From contig NW_021836895.1 in assembly GCF_006345805.1 (NCBI RefSeq), positions 1 to 22,366 on the forward strand: 22,366 bases of DNA. The letters run 5' to 3'. The stretch comes from Octopus sinensis (taxonomy: Eukaryota). The translations under genes and the position numbers were made by a program. Below the pieces are notes generated by a model, which was given only the letters and a program-made list of their open reading frames with translations, searched no databases and was not told where the DNA came from. Positions 1 through 9,885 of this stretch are shown one piece after another. The stretch's first letter is position 1. Each line of letters begins with the position of its first letter.

Positions 1-175
1 AATTGCCTCAGAGGTCTTGAAGTTTCAGTGGATTGAGCCTAATGCTCCGATCGCCACTGGTATTACTTTTACATTACCTCTCGCATTCCATACAGTCTTG
101 CCACTTTCACTTTCAATCCGGAGTACTTTGTGATTTTTTTCAACCTCTTTACTCACATACTGGCAAGAATGGATA
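1..175 (-). mobile_element. 3' fragment of an RLE-type non-LTR retrotransposon (R4/Dong-like), endonuclease C-terminus, decayed
   Basis: Minus-strand translation ...VEKNHKVLRIESE...VWNARGNVKVIPVAIGALGSIH matches the K-Y-x-D-L-x-I-E-I-x-x-M-W...V-I-P-V-V-I-G-A-L-G pattern of R4/Dong C-termini; the same motif appears in the copies at 11298 and 11933. Confidence 0.7.
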
Positions 176-185
176 AACATCCATA

Positions 186-333
186 GGCGCAGGAGTGGCT
201 GTGTGGTAAGTAGCTTGCTAACCAACCACATGGTTCCGGGTTCAGTCCCACTGCGTGGCATCTTGGACAAGTGTCTTCTGCTATAGCCCCGGGCCGACCA
301 ATGCCTTGTGAGTGGATTTGGTAGAGGGAAACT
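186..333 (+). mobile_element. tRNA-derived SINE, family A (3'-truncated)
   Basis: Pol III A-box-like TGGCTGTGTGGTAAG and B-box-like GGTTCAGTCCC, followed by ...TTGGACAAGTGTCTTC...; near-identical to 8664-8822 and antisense to 2245-2378 and 19413-19490. Confidence 0.85.
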
Positions 334-344
334 AGTAAAAGAGT

Positions 345-537
345 ATCCCTCTGTGATTCATCTACTAATGCAGTATCGCCTGATGAAATAAATCAATAAT
401 GATGACCAACCGGATGCCCACGGATACTACAGGCTATAACTGTACACATCCCAAGGATGCAAACTCTGATGTTAAAATCAAGCAATTTGTGAAAACGCGC
501 GTAGCGATGTATTAAATATTTATAAGTTCCATCCTAG
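345..537 (+). repeat. Dispersed 193-bp repeat (family B), copy 1, containing a hammerhead-like motif; followed by an (ATT)n tail
   Basis: Colinear with 19193-19385; about 13 substitutions counted by eye (~93% identity), no indels seen. Confidence 0.9.
375..508 (+). ncRNA. Candidate type I hammerhead ribozyme variant (family B, copy 1)
   Basis: ATCGC(375-379)-CTGATGA(380-386)...GAAA-ACGCGCGT-A(491-503)-GCGAT(504-508). Stem I ATCGC/GCGAT, palindromic stem III, GUA triplet. One extra A in the GAAA strand and weak stem II. Confidence 0.4.
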
Positions 538-731
538 AATTATTATTATTATTATATTTATCCTACATTATATTGGTATAACTGTTATGCAATTCCGAGA
601 AACTGACTTGCTAGTCAGTATCATTTGAGGGTAGCTGGTATAATGAAATAGGAGCTTTATTTGCATACCCCTAATGTTACCATAAACGAATTTAAAATGG
701 CCACAGACTTAGGGCTGAAACGCACAACAGA

Positions 732-733
<2 letters not shown>

Positions 734-770
<37 letters not shown>
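734..770. repeat. (CA)n microsatellite
   Basis: Direct reading. Confidence 0.95.
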
Positions 771-774
<4 letters not shown>

Positions 775-776
775 TA

Positions 777-975
777 TTCGCCACGATAGATAGCTAGCCA
801 CTAAACCCTTTTTATTTTCTCTCTCTACTTATTTCTGTGTTCCTTTCCGTTGAAGAGCGTAGGCTCGAAACGTAAAAGTCTTTCTCACTTCCCGAGCGTT
901 AAACTAATACATCTGCTTGTTGTTTACACAACAGTCTTCGTCTTTTGTCTTTTTTTTTTGTTTTGTTTTTTGTAA
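777..975 (+). mobile_element. Probable Penelope-like (PLE) terminal-repeat remnant
   Basis: Contains a compact hammerhead-shaped motif (843-878) of the kind found in PLE pseudo-LTRs; T-rich tail ending in (TA)n. No coding sequence seen; family assignment is inference. Confidence 0.4.
843..878 (+). ncRNA. Degenerate minimal hammerhead-like motif
   Basis: CTTT-CCGTTGA-A-GAGC-GTAG-GCTC-GAAAC-GT-A-AAAG: stem I CTTT/AAAG, stem II GAGC/GCTC, intact GAAAC-GUA; first core strand CCGUUGA differs from CUGANGA at two positions. Confidence 0.4.
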
Positions 976-1090
976 GCTCCAACTATATATGTACATAAAT
1001 ACATACATACATACATGCGCTTACACACGCACACATACACACACACACACACATATATGTGCATTTGTGTATGCCTTTGTGCTTGTGCTT

Positions 1091-1250
1091 TTCCCCCACC
1101 AGCGCTCGCCAACCGGTGTTGGTTTGTTTATGTTCCGCGTAACTTATTTGTTAGGTAAAATACACCGATATAGTAAGTAGCAGAATTTTTTTAAAAAATG
1201 TACTGGGATCGCCTTCAAGGCGGTGCTTTAGCATGGCCGCAACCTGCTGA
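1091..1250 (+). mobile_element. SINE-like repeat family C, 3' part, diverged
   Basis: Shares ...AACCGGTGTTGG..TTTATGT.CC.GTAACTTA...GATA.A.TAAGT... with 10134-10256 and, antisense, with 1953-2085. Confidence 0.65.
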
Positions 1251-1696
1251 ATGTAGTCTTCCAGATGGAGACTTATGTAAAGTTAAAAGATAACAACAGA
1301 CGCACACATACATGCATGTACATAGATATACGCACAAATGCGTACATACATGCCTAGACACTGACAGACAGACAAACAAACAGACAGACGTGCACACACA
1401 TTGATGGTCTTGGACCCTCAGCTTCTGATAGGATTGCAAAGACGCCATCGTGGCATACAACAAATCATTTTTTGATCAAGCGAAGGGCATCTCTACTTAG
1501 ATTGAATCACAATTCAGTTCTTCCAGATGAAAAATTATAAAAACTTATTGGATAACTACATACAATTACTCTCTTTCTTTTTCTCTCTCTCCCTCTCCCC
1601 ACCATTCCTCTCGCTCACATGCAAACACACTCATTCACGCAAATAGGCATGTTTGTATATTTGTATGCACGTATATGTATATGTGTATATGTGTAT

Positions 1697-1923
1697 ACCT
1701 ATTTCTTTACTACCCACAAGGGGCTAAACACAGAGAGGACAAACAAGGACAGACACACGGATGAAGTCGATTATATCGACCCCAGTGCGTAACTGGTACT
1801 TAATTTATCGACCCCGAAAGGATGAAAGGCAAAGTGGACCTCGGCGGAATTTGAACTCAGAACGTAACGGCAGACGAAAAACAGCTACGCATTTCGTCCG
1901 GCGTGCTAACGTTTCTGCCAGCT
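1697..1923 (-). mobile_element. tRNA-derived SINE with Meta-like central domain, subfamily M1
   Basis: Reverse complement of 6354-6587 and 14932-15153; B-box-like GAGTTCAAATTCC; central ...CTTTGCCTTTCATCCTTTCGGGGTCGATAAATTAAGTACCAG resembles the MetaSINE domain (from memory). Confidence 0.9.
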
Positions 1924-1952
1924 AACTGCATTCAATATGTGGATACCCTTTC

Positions 1953-2085
1953 ACTCTTTTACTCGTTTCAGTCAATAAACTGCAGCCAAACTGAGAACCT
2001 GTCTTTAAGAGTTTCAATGGTTCAAAGTCTGGTACTTATTTTAACGATTTATATACATCGCACCGCTAAGTTATGGGACATAAAC
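1953..2085 (-). mobile_element. SINE-like repeat family C, diverged
   Basis: CACCGCTAAGTTATGGGACATAAAC is antisense to the GTTTATGTCCCCGTAACTTAG motif at 10134-10256. Confidence 0.55.
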
Positions 2086-2244
2086 CTGTTTCTTTTCTCA
2101 TGCAGTATTAAACATGAAACCAGACGTATAGGCAGATACAAACAAACACTTACACACATACACATACACACACAAACACACACACGAACACGCACACCCA
2201 CACACACACACAGACATACACATGCACACACACACACACACACA

Positions 2245-2378
2245 CGTATGCGATTGGCTTCCACGAAGTTTTCGTCTACTAATTTCACTACAAGACGTTG
2301 GTCAAATGGAAGCAACAGTAGAAGACACTTGCCCAAAGACATGTGGTTGCGAAGCGAATTTCCTTGCCACTCAACCAT
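2245..2378 (-). mobile_element. SINE family A, diverged, with internal deletion
   Basis: AGTAGAAGACACTTGCCCAA and CATGTGGTTG are antisense to motifs in 186-333; the intervening B-box region is missing. Confidence 0.7.
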
Positions 2379-2385
2379 GACAAGG

Positions 2386-2398
<13 letters not shown>

Positions 2399-2420
<22 letters not shown>

Positions 2421-4638
2421 GAGTGTATGACTGGATGAAACTGTGATCGATTCTCCGTGGCATTTTCGGCAAGTGTCTTTTATCATTGCCTAGAGTCTTG
2501 TGAGTAGATAAAACAGGGGACAACTGATGAAGGGGGGTGTTCTTTATGTTGCCCGTCTCGTTTCTCTATTTGTTTCTTTCGTTGTTCGAAAAAAGTTTGC
2601 TTTCTATGTTTTCGTTTTTTATTTTCTCGTTTCTCATTTTTTTGTTCGCATTTTTGACGTCCTGTACCCATATATGCATGTACGAGGGACGTTCAATAAG
2701 TAATGCCTCTGACCCACTTGCAGTTGTTTGATCTAGCTGAAATTTTGCATGTGCAATCATTTATCTCTATAGAGTAAGTGGCAAATTACAGCTCTGAATT
2801 AATTGTGGTTTCTGATTTACAGGTGTTTGAACCGAGTCAAGTGTGAAATGGAGCCTGTTGAGTGTCGACCAGTGATCCGGTTTTTGTATTTGAAAGGACG
2901 CACACCACGGGAGACTTTTGATGAAATGAAAGTAACTTACGGTGATGATGCCCATCATATGACCTTGTAAAACGCTGGCATCGTGAATTCAAACATGGTC
3001 AGAACTCTGTGGAAACAGCTCCCAGATCTGGTCGCCCCCTTCTGCCATTGATGAGGCATCTGTCCGTCAAGTTGAGGCTGCCATTTTGGAAGATCGACGC
3101 ATAATTATTCGCCAAATAGCCCATGAGGTCAAGATTAGTACCGGGTCTGTGGAAACTATCATTCATGACCATTTGCATATGCAAAGGGTGTCTGCCAGAT
3201 GGATTCCCAGGTCGCTCACACCTTTCCAGAAGCAAGAACGCGTCGAGTGCTCGAGGGTGAATTTGGAGATGTGCCCAGAAGATGAGTCAAAATTTTTCAA
3301 AAGACTGATACACAGGATGAAACCTGGGTCCATCACGATGATCCAGAGACCAAAGCCCAGTCAATGCAGTGGAAGCACCGTGACTCACCCCCTCCAAAGA
3401 AGGCAAGGGTGCAGCTCTCCGCTGGCAAGGTCATGCTCACAATCTTCTGGGACCAGGACGGAGTAGTGATGACAGATTTCCTGGCAAAGGGTACCACAGG
3501 AGCCTATTCTGCTTCACTTGTGTGTGTGTGTGTGTGTGTTGAGTGTATGACTGGATGAAACTGTGATCGATTCTCCGTGGCATTTTCGGCAAGTGTCTTT
3601 TATCATTGCCTAGAGTCTTGTGAGTAGATAAAACAGGGGACAACTGATGAAGGGGGGTGTTCTTTATGTTGCCCGTCTCGTTTCTCTATTTGTTTCTTTC
3701 GTTGTTCGAAAAAAAGTTTGCTTTCTATGTTTTTGTTTTTTATTTTCTCGTTTCTCATTTTGTTCGCATTTTTGACGTCCTGTACCCATATATGCATGTA
3801 CGAGGGACGTTCAATAAGTAATGCCTCTGACCCACTTGCAGTTGTTTGATCTAGCTGAAATTTTGCATGTGCAATCATTTATATCTCTATAGAGTAAGTG
3901 GCAAATTACAGCTCTGAATTAATTGTGGTTTCTGATTTACAGGTGTTTGAACCGAGTCAAGTGTGAAATGGAGCCTGTTGAGTGTCGACCAGTGATCCGG
4001 TTTTTGTATTTGAAAGGACGCACACCACGGGAGACTTTTGATGAAATGAAAGTAACTTACGGTGATGATGCCCATCATATGACCTTGTAAAACGCTGGCA
4101 TCGTGAATTCAAACATGGTCAGAACTCTGTGGAAACAGCTCCCAGATCTGGTCGCCCCTTCTGCCATTGATGAGGCATCTGTCCGTCAAGTTGAGGCTGC
4201 CATTTTGGAAGATCGACGCATAATTATTCGCCAAATAGCCATGAGGTCAAGATTAGTACCGGGTCTGTGGAAACTATCATTCATGACCATTTGCATATGC
4301 AAAGGGTGTCTGCCAGATGGATTCCCAGGTCGCTCACACCTTTCCAGAAGCAAGAACGCGTCGAGTGCTCGAGGGTGAATTTGGAGATGTGCCAAGAAGA
4401 TGAGTCAAAATTTTTCAAAAGACTGATTACACAGGATGAAACCTGGGTCCATCACGATGATCCAGAGACCAAAGCCCAGTCAATGCAGTGGAAGCACCGT
4501 GACTCACCCCCTCCAAAGAAGGCAAGGGTGCAGCTCTCCGCTGGCAAGGTCATGCTCACAATCTTCTGGGACCAGGACGGAGTAGTGATGACAGATTTCC
4601 TGGCAAAGGGTACCACAGGAGCCTATTCTGCTTCACTT
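2399..4638 (+). repeat. Direct tandem duplication, unit ~1120 bp (2399-3519 / 3520-4638)
   Basis: GAGTGTATGA at 2421 and 3541; TACGAGGGAC at 2681 and 3799; GCTTCACTT ends at 3519 and 4638. About eight differences, mostly 1-3 bp indels in homopolymers. Confidence 0.95.
2681..3519 (+). mobile_element. Mariner transposon, left part only (duplicated copy): left TIR plus 5' part of transposase
   Basis: TA + left TIR 2683-2719; ATG at 2848 (MEPVECRPVIRFLYLKG...), WIPRSLT motif, ARVQLSAGKVMLTIFWD; breaks into (GT)n at 3520. Confidence 0.92.
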
Positions 4639-5071
4639 CTGAGGAAATTAAGAGAAGTTATCAAAATCAAGAGGCGGGGCAAGATCAGCAAAGGCATCCT
4701 CCTCCTGCAGGACAACGCTCCGGTCCACAACTCGCTTGTCGCCAGATCAGCAGCACAGGCGTATTGCTATGAACTCCTCCCCATCCCCCCTACTTTCCTG
4801 ACCTTGCACCCTCTGATTTTCACCTCTTCCCAATCACGAAGTTGTTTTTGAAAGGAAAGCGTTTCCCAGATGATGCAGCCTTGATTTCTGAAGTCACGTT
4901 GAGGTTGGAGGACCAAGCTGGGTTCTTCTCCAGAGCCGCATCAAACAATGGGAGAAATGCGTAACTCTGGGTGGTTCCTATGTGGAAAAAGACTAATAAC
5001 TGTGCCAAGTTTCGTTGCTCTACTGGTATGGGAAGTGGGTCAGGGGCATTACTTATTGAACGCCCCTCGTA
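3799..5071 (+). mobile_element. Full-length non-autonomous mariner (Tc1/mariner, DD34D type) with 37-bp TIRs and TA target duplication
   Basis: Left TIR 3801-3837 CGAGGGACGTTCAATAAGTAATGCCTCTGACCCACTT; right TIR 5033-5069 is its reverse complement with 2 mismatches; TA at 3799-3800 and 5070-5071. Confidence 0.95.
3968..4996 (+). pseudogene. Mariner transposase pseudogene (several frameshifts)
   Basis: Stitched translation MEPVECRPVIRFLYLKG...WIPRSLT...ITQDETWVHH...LLQDNAPVH...(P)DLAPSDFHLFP...WEKCVTLGGSYVEKD*; catalytic aspartates in TQDE, QDNA and APSD; stop TAA at 4994-4996. Confidence 0.92.
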
Positions 5072-5197
5072 TATATACATATATGTGTAGGTTTTACATA
5101 TATGTATGTATATATACATACATGTGTAGGTTTATATATGCATGTATATATACATATAGGATGTATAGAATAATATATATGCATATATATATATATA

Positions 5198-5233
<36 letters not shown>

Positions 5234-5234
5234 A

Positions 5235-5275
<41 letters not shown>

Positions 5276-5371
5276 ACTTAGATAAACTTAGATATGTTTC
5301 GACCAAAGATTGGTCCAGGCCATGTCTAACTTAATAGCACCACCTATATATATATATATAGGATGTATACA

Positions 5372-5432
<61 letters not shown>

Positions 5433-5535
5433 GTGTAGAATGTATATATATATATATATACATATTGAGAAAGTGAGCGAGAGAGGGAGAGGGAGAGAGT
5501 GAAGGAGAGAGAGAGGAAGTGAAGGAGAGAGAGAC
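5072..5535. repeat. Compound (TA)n/(TG)n/(GA)n microsatellite field
   Basis: Direct reading. Confidence 0.9.
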
Positions 5536-5817
5536 ATTCAGTTGCTGTTATGTAGCTATCTCCTCTGTCATACACACACAGAATTGTGCTCAAAATATCT
5601 AATATCCATTACTGAATATCTCCACCAAATTTTGATTGTCTTGAAATGTTTAATCAGACAAAATACAGAGCACTCAGTAGTTTTCTCATGCATATTCCGA
5701 ATTGTATCTGATGGTGGATTTTCAGAAATCGTTTACAGTGTCAGACGAAAATACCTGGTAGTTTGTCTTCAAGGTCTTTAACTTACTCAGATCGAATCTC
5801 AGTGAGGTCAATGTTAC

Positions 5818-6025
5818 TTTTCATTCTTTCTAGGTTGATAAAATTTTATCGACAACTCTCCGCCACTAAAATTGTTGGCCTTGTGCGAAATTTGAAACCG
5901 GTGGAGTAGAAGAGTTGTCAGGGCATTTGGGAAAAAATGCCTCGCAGTTTTCTTCAGACTGTATACAGTCAGAGTTCAATTCCCGCTGAAGTAAACTTTA
6001 CTATTCATCCTTTCGAGATTGATAA
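5818..6025 (+). mobile_element. Two adjacent old Meta-like SINE fragments
   Basis: AAATTGTTGGCCTTGTGCGAAATTTGAAACC tail (as at 15290 and 16940), then GAGTTCAATTCCCGCTGAAGTAAAC...TTCATCCTTTCGAG.TTGATAAAA. Confidence 0.55.
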
Positions 6026-6060
6026 AAAAAAAATAGTAAAAGAAAAGAAAAAGAGCAAAC

Positions 6061-6300
6061 GTCCTTTCCTAGCCGTGGGCTCATAAAACCGTTTTCCCGG
6101 ATTCTGTGGTGTGTGTATTCTTCCCCTGCACGAGCTCCCGGTCTGTTGCAGGATTACGTATTGTTACCATCTGATTAGACTGGAGCAACGCGAAATGAAG
6201 TGTTTTGCTCCAGAACACAATGCATCGCCCAGTCCAGGAATCGAAACCACAAACCTACGATCACGATTGCAACACCCTTAACCTCTGTGCTGTGCGTCTC
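6061..6300 (-). mobile_element. tRNA-derived SINE family D, near full length
   Basis: Minus strand has GGTTAAGGGTGTTGCA, B-box-like GGTTTCGATTCC and TTGTGTTCTGGAGCAAAACACTTC; its tail (CCGGGAAAACGG..TTATGAGCC) matches that of 21562-21723. Confidence 0.75.
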
Positions 6301-6353
6301 AGCGATAAAATAAGGTACCAGTTATGTATCAGAGTTGACGGTATCGACTCACC

Positions 6354-6587
6354 AAAGGCGGCGAGCTGGCAGAACCGTTAACCCGCCGGGCGAAATGCTT
6401 AGCCGTATTTCGTCTGCCGTTACGTTCTGAGTTCAAATTCCGCCGAGGTCGACTTTGCCTTTCATCCTTTTGGGGTTGATAAATTAAGTACCAGTTATGC
6501 ACTGGGGTCGATATAATCGACTTAATCTGTTTGTCTGTCCTTGTTTGTCCTCTCTGTGTTTAGCCCCTTGTGGGTAGTAAAGAAATA
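6354..6587 (+). mobile_element. Full-length Meta-like SINE M1 with up to 14-bp target-site duplication, nested in an older SINE (6301-6353 + 6602-6650)
   Basis: GGTATCGACTCACC at 6340-6353 and 6588-6601; body matches 1697-1923 (antisense) and 14932-15153. Confidence 0.92.
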
Positions 6588-6857
6588 GGTATCGACTCAC
6601 CGCCACGCCTTCAAATTCCAGGCTTTGCGCCTATATCAGAGAGACTTATTTTTTTTAAGAAGGAGAAGTAGCTTTTTAATTAGTTAGATTTTTAATAACG
6701 ATAAAAAAAAGTAAAATAAAAAAATAAAAACAAAATAAGACAAAAATTTGTTTATTATTTTAGAGAAAATAATTAAGTATTAAGAAAGTGGTGGTTCACA
6801 TTTGCGGTCAAGTGTGATTGCCCTTGAAGCTGACAGAAAGAAACTGTGCGGACAGCA

Positions 6858-7136
6858 ACTACACACACATGCACGCGCGCGCACACACACACACACACAC
6901 GTACACACACACATACGCACGCACGCACACACATACCTACTCACCATAGGAATACAACACACACAAGCACATATATGCAAGTATATATACTTGCACACAC
7001 AAACACATACATATACCGTCACATGCAGGCACGCATGTGAAAATTACATACGCATACACACACACACACACGCACACATATGGGTACTTAAACTCAGATA
7101 CATGCGCGTGCACATACATGCACGCATACATGAATT

Positions 7137-7168
<32 letters not shown>

Positions 7169-7450
7169 CTTATGTATGCATAGATGCTGTGTTTGCGCGT
7201 CTGTGTATATGTATGTATTTGACATTGGTATATATATATATAGGTCAAGTGACCAAAATTAGGTATTTCAAAGTAATGACACAGTTTTATATTCTCACGC
7301 AATTCTCGGCACACACATACAAACATAAGCATGTAAATAGGCCCGCATAAACACATACACACATATACACAAATATATACATAAACACATACGCAGACAT
7401 TTTATATAGATTCGTATAGATACCTCCTACCCACACACCCACACTCACAC
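6858..7450. repeat. (CA)n/(TG)n/(CG)n-rich low-complexity region
   Basis: Direct reading. Confidence 0.85.
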
Positions 7451-8517
7451 ATAAGTACAGGCATTTCTCAAGTTTAAATTGGGTTCGACAGCCTAAGTGT
7501 CCGCACAAATCTTGATAGGGATTGAATTAGGTCCAAAATATACTAGTTGCTCATTATTTCTCTGTTGTCACGCATTTATTAAGCATCTGGAAGCACCGTG
7601 TGACTGGTTATTGTTGCTATCATTATTGTTGTTCTTGTAGTTTTATAGCCCCAAGTCAATTATGGCCCATATGACTTACACACGCAGCGCTAAACTGTAT
7701 TTGATGCAATGTAAGCCGCCTAGATATGTTGCGCTCCCTCCACTTTCCAGTCTGTTGTCGTAGCTTCTTGTTACTGTTATTGTCTTATAGCAACAGGTCT
7801 ATCGACATGGCATGCGATACACCATATTTGTAACTCAGGATTCGCCAGTCACCTTCCACTCAAATAAACCGTCTGCTCAACTCTGATTTGTGTAATCGTT
7901 CATCTGAACTGTCTTACACAGGGTATGTAACTACAATCGCCAATTAATTGATGCCAGTGGTTAATAATAGGAGATGCATTAAGACGGACCCAATGTACTA
8001 TTCTCTGGCGGTTGACTAGTCAATTTCTGTATGACTATTTTAGTTGTGTAAGCCTCACGTCATGTTTGATCCAAAAGGTTCGCAGCACGCAGGTAGAAGC
8101 ATCTCTTTTGCTCCAGTTCTTTTACTGTTAATGTGCATCGAGTTGTCATCATTCAACTGCATTATAGTTGCGGCCATTCCATCTTCTCTTCTGGTATATT
8201 ATATTTAGAATTACTTTAGCTCAATTAAAGGGTGGGGAACCTATGACATTTGAAGCTCTTAAGTGTGGCCTTCTCGAAGAAATATAAATTTTTTCATTAA
8301 AAATATACATTTTTGTTGACGAGTATTATATTATATTTTTAATAAAATATAAAAGTCATTTGAAAGGTCAGTTTACAATTATATACCATACTTTTATAAG
8401 TACATTTTCAGAAAAAAAAAATGATTACATTTTTCCATTTATTAATAAAAAAAAAAGCTTTCTTTAGTTCAGCCTCATTAGATTTAGGTTATATTTAAAA
8501 CAGCCTTCAAATATAAA

Positions 8518-8554
<37 letters not shown>

Positions 8555-8663
8555 CCCTCCCTCTCTCTTTTCTTCTCTCTAACGTAGTATATTTATCCAA
8601 AATGGTGCAAACTCAGGGGAATCAATGTGCACTGAGGATTCTTTTTTTTTTTGAAGATATTAT

Positions 8664-8822
8664 GCATGGATGGCTGTGTGGTAAGAAGCTTGCTTCCCAA
8701 ACACATAGTTCCGGGTTCAGTCCACTGTGTAGCACCTTGGACAAGTATCTTCTACTGTAGCCTCGGGCCGACCAAAGCCTTGTTAGTGGATTTGGTAGAC
8801 GGAAACTGAGAGAATCCCGTCA
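8664..8822 (+). mobile_element. SINE family A ending in (TA)n
   Basis: Matches 186-333 and continues ...GGAAACTGAGAGAATCCCGTC then (TA)n. Confidence 0.87.
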
Positions 8823-9176
8823 TATATATATATATATATATAGTACAAAGTAAGATAGGGGTTATGAAAGTAACCCACTATGGGGTATCAGTTATCCAAT
8901 ATACTGCTGGTAAAGTACCCAAATACTAAATACATAAATGCTTTTAATTGCAATGCAATTAATTCATTTATTGTATTGAATGGCTGAAGGTAAAAAATAT
9001 TTTTACCGTAAATTCATAATACAAATAAGAAAGTGGAGAAACAAATTAATTTCGATCATCAACTTGCGGATATTACAATTTCACATTATTTATTAATTAT
9101 ACAAATGGGAACATCGAAATCGAACAAACAATATACATCAATATGTAATATAATAATAATAATAAAAATAAACTGC

Positions 9177-9308
9177 TCCTTACAGCTGTTTCAGCCTATG
9201 GTTAAGAGTCAATTCAACTTAAATTGCCTATAGATGCCATTGTAATATAGTCCTAGGCATTAAAGATTATATTTGTCTGTTTAAATAACCAAAGGCCTCA
9301 TCAGAGGA
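9177..9308 (-). ncRNA. Type I hammerhead ribozyme, long stem II variant (left arm)
   Basis: Reverse complement of 9754-9885 with two substitutions, both in the stem II loop; core intact. Confidence 0.72.
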
Positions 9309-9419
9309 TATACATAACTAGAAAAGTATAATAATAATATTAATATATAAAAAAAACATGCTTCACATACTATCCAATAAAAACAAGAAAATAAATAATA
9401 AGACAAATATTCAAAATAC

Positions 9420-9453
<34 letters not shown>

Positions 9454-9610
9454 TGTGTGTGTGTGTGTGTGTGTGTGTGTACATAAACACATATATACAT
9501 ATAAAATATACAAATATACATACATATACATACATAGGCAAATCGTACATAGTAATCACATGTGCAAAATACATAAAGAACAACATTGAACAATATATGT
9601 GTTTACGTAC

Positions 9611-9642
<32 letters not shown>

Positions 9643-9753
9643 ATGTATTTTGAATATCTGTCTTATTATTTATTTTCTTGTTTTTATTGGATGGTATGTG
9701 AAGCATTTTTTTTTATATATCAATATTATTATTATACTTTTCTAGTTAGTATA

Positions 9754-9885
9754 TCCTCTGATGAGGCCTTTGGTTATTTAAACAGACAAATATAATCTTT
9801 AATGCCTAGGACTATATTACAATGGCATCTATAGGCAATTTAAGTTGAACTGTCTCTTAACCATAGGCTGAAACAGCTGTAAGGA
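9754..9885 (+). ncRNA. Type I hammerhead ribozyme, long stem II variant (right arm)
   Basis: TCCT(9754-57)-CTGATGA(9758-64)-GGCCTTTGGTTA(9765-76)...81 nt...TAACCATAGGCT(9858-69)-GAA-ACAGCTGT-A(9870-81)-AGGA(9882-85). Full core, 4-bp stem I, 12-bp stem II (one G-U, one U-U), palindromic stem III, GUA cleavage triplet. Confidence 0.75.

Noticed and set aside
2524-2600. CTGATGA followed later by CGAAAAAAGT (duplicated at 3644) as another hammerhead
   Set aside because: No clean stem I next to the core and no convincing stem II or III. The 2419-2680 segment is left as an unclassified repeat with SINE A-like similarity.
4267-4851. 194-aa ORF as a functional or domesticated transposase
   Set aside because: It lacks the N-terminus and the third catalytic aspartate in frame because of frameshifts; treated as a pseudogene fragment.
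6845-7508. 10-bp inverted match TGTGCGGACA / TGTCCGCACA around a microsatellite block, as MITE ends
   Set aside because: Too short, no target-site duplication, plausible by chance.
8228-8275. GGGTGGGGAACCTATG resembling a hAT/Charlie-type terminal repeat
   Set aside because: No partner end or 8-bp TSD found in the window.
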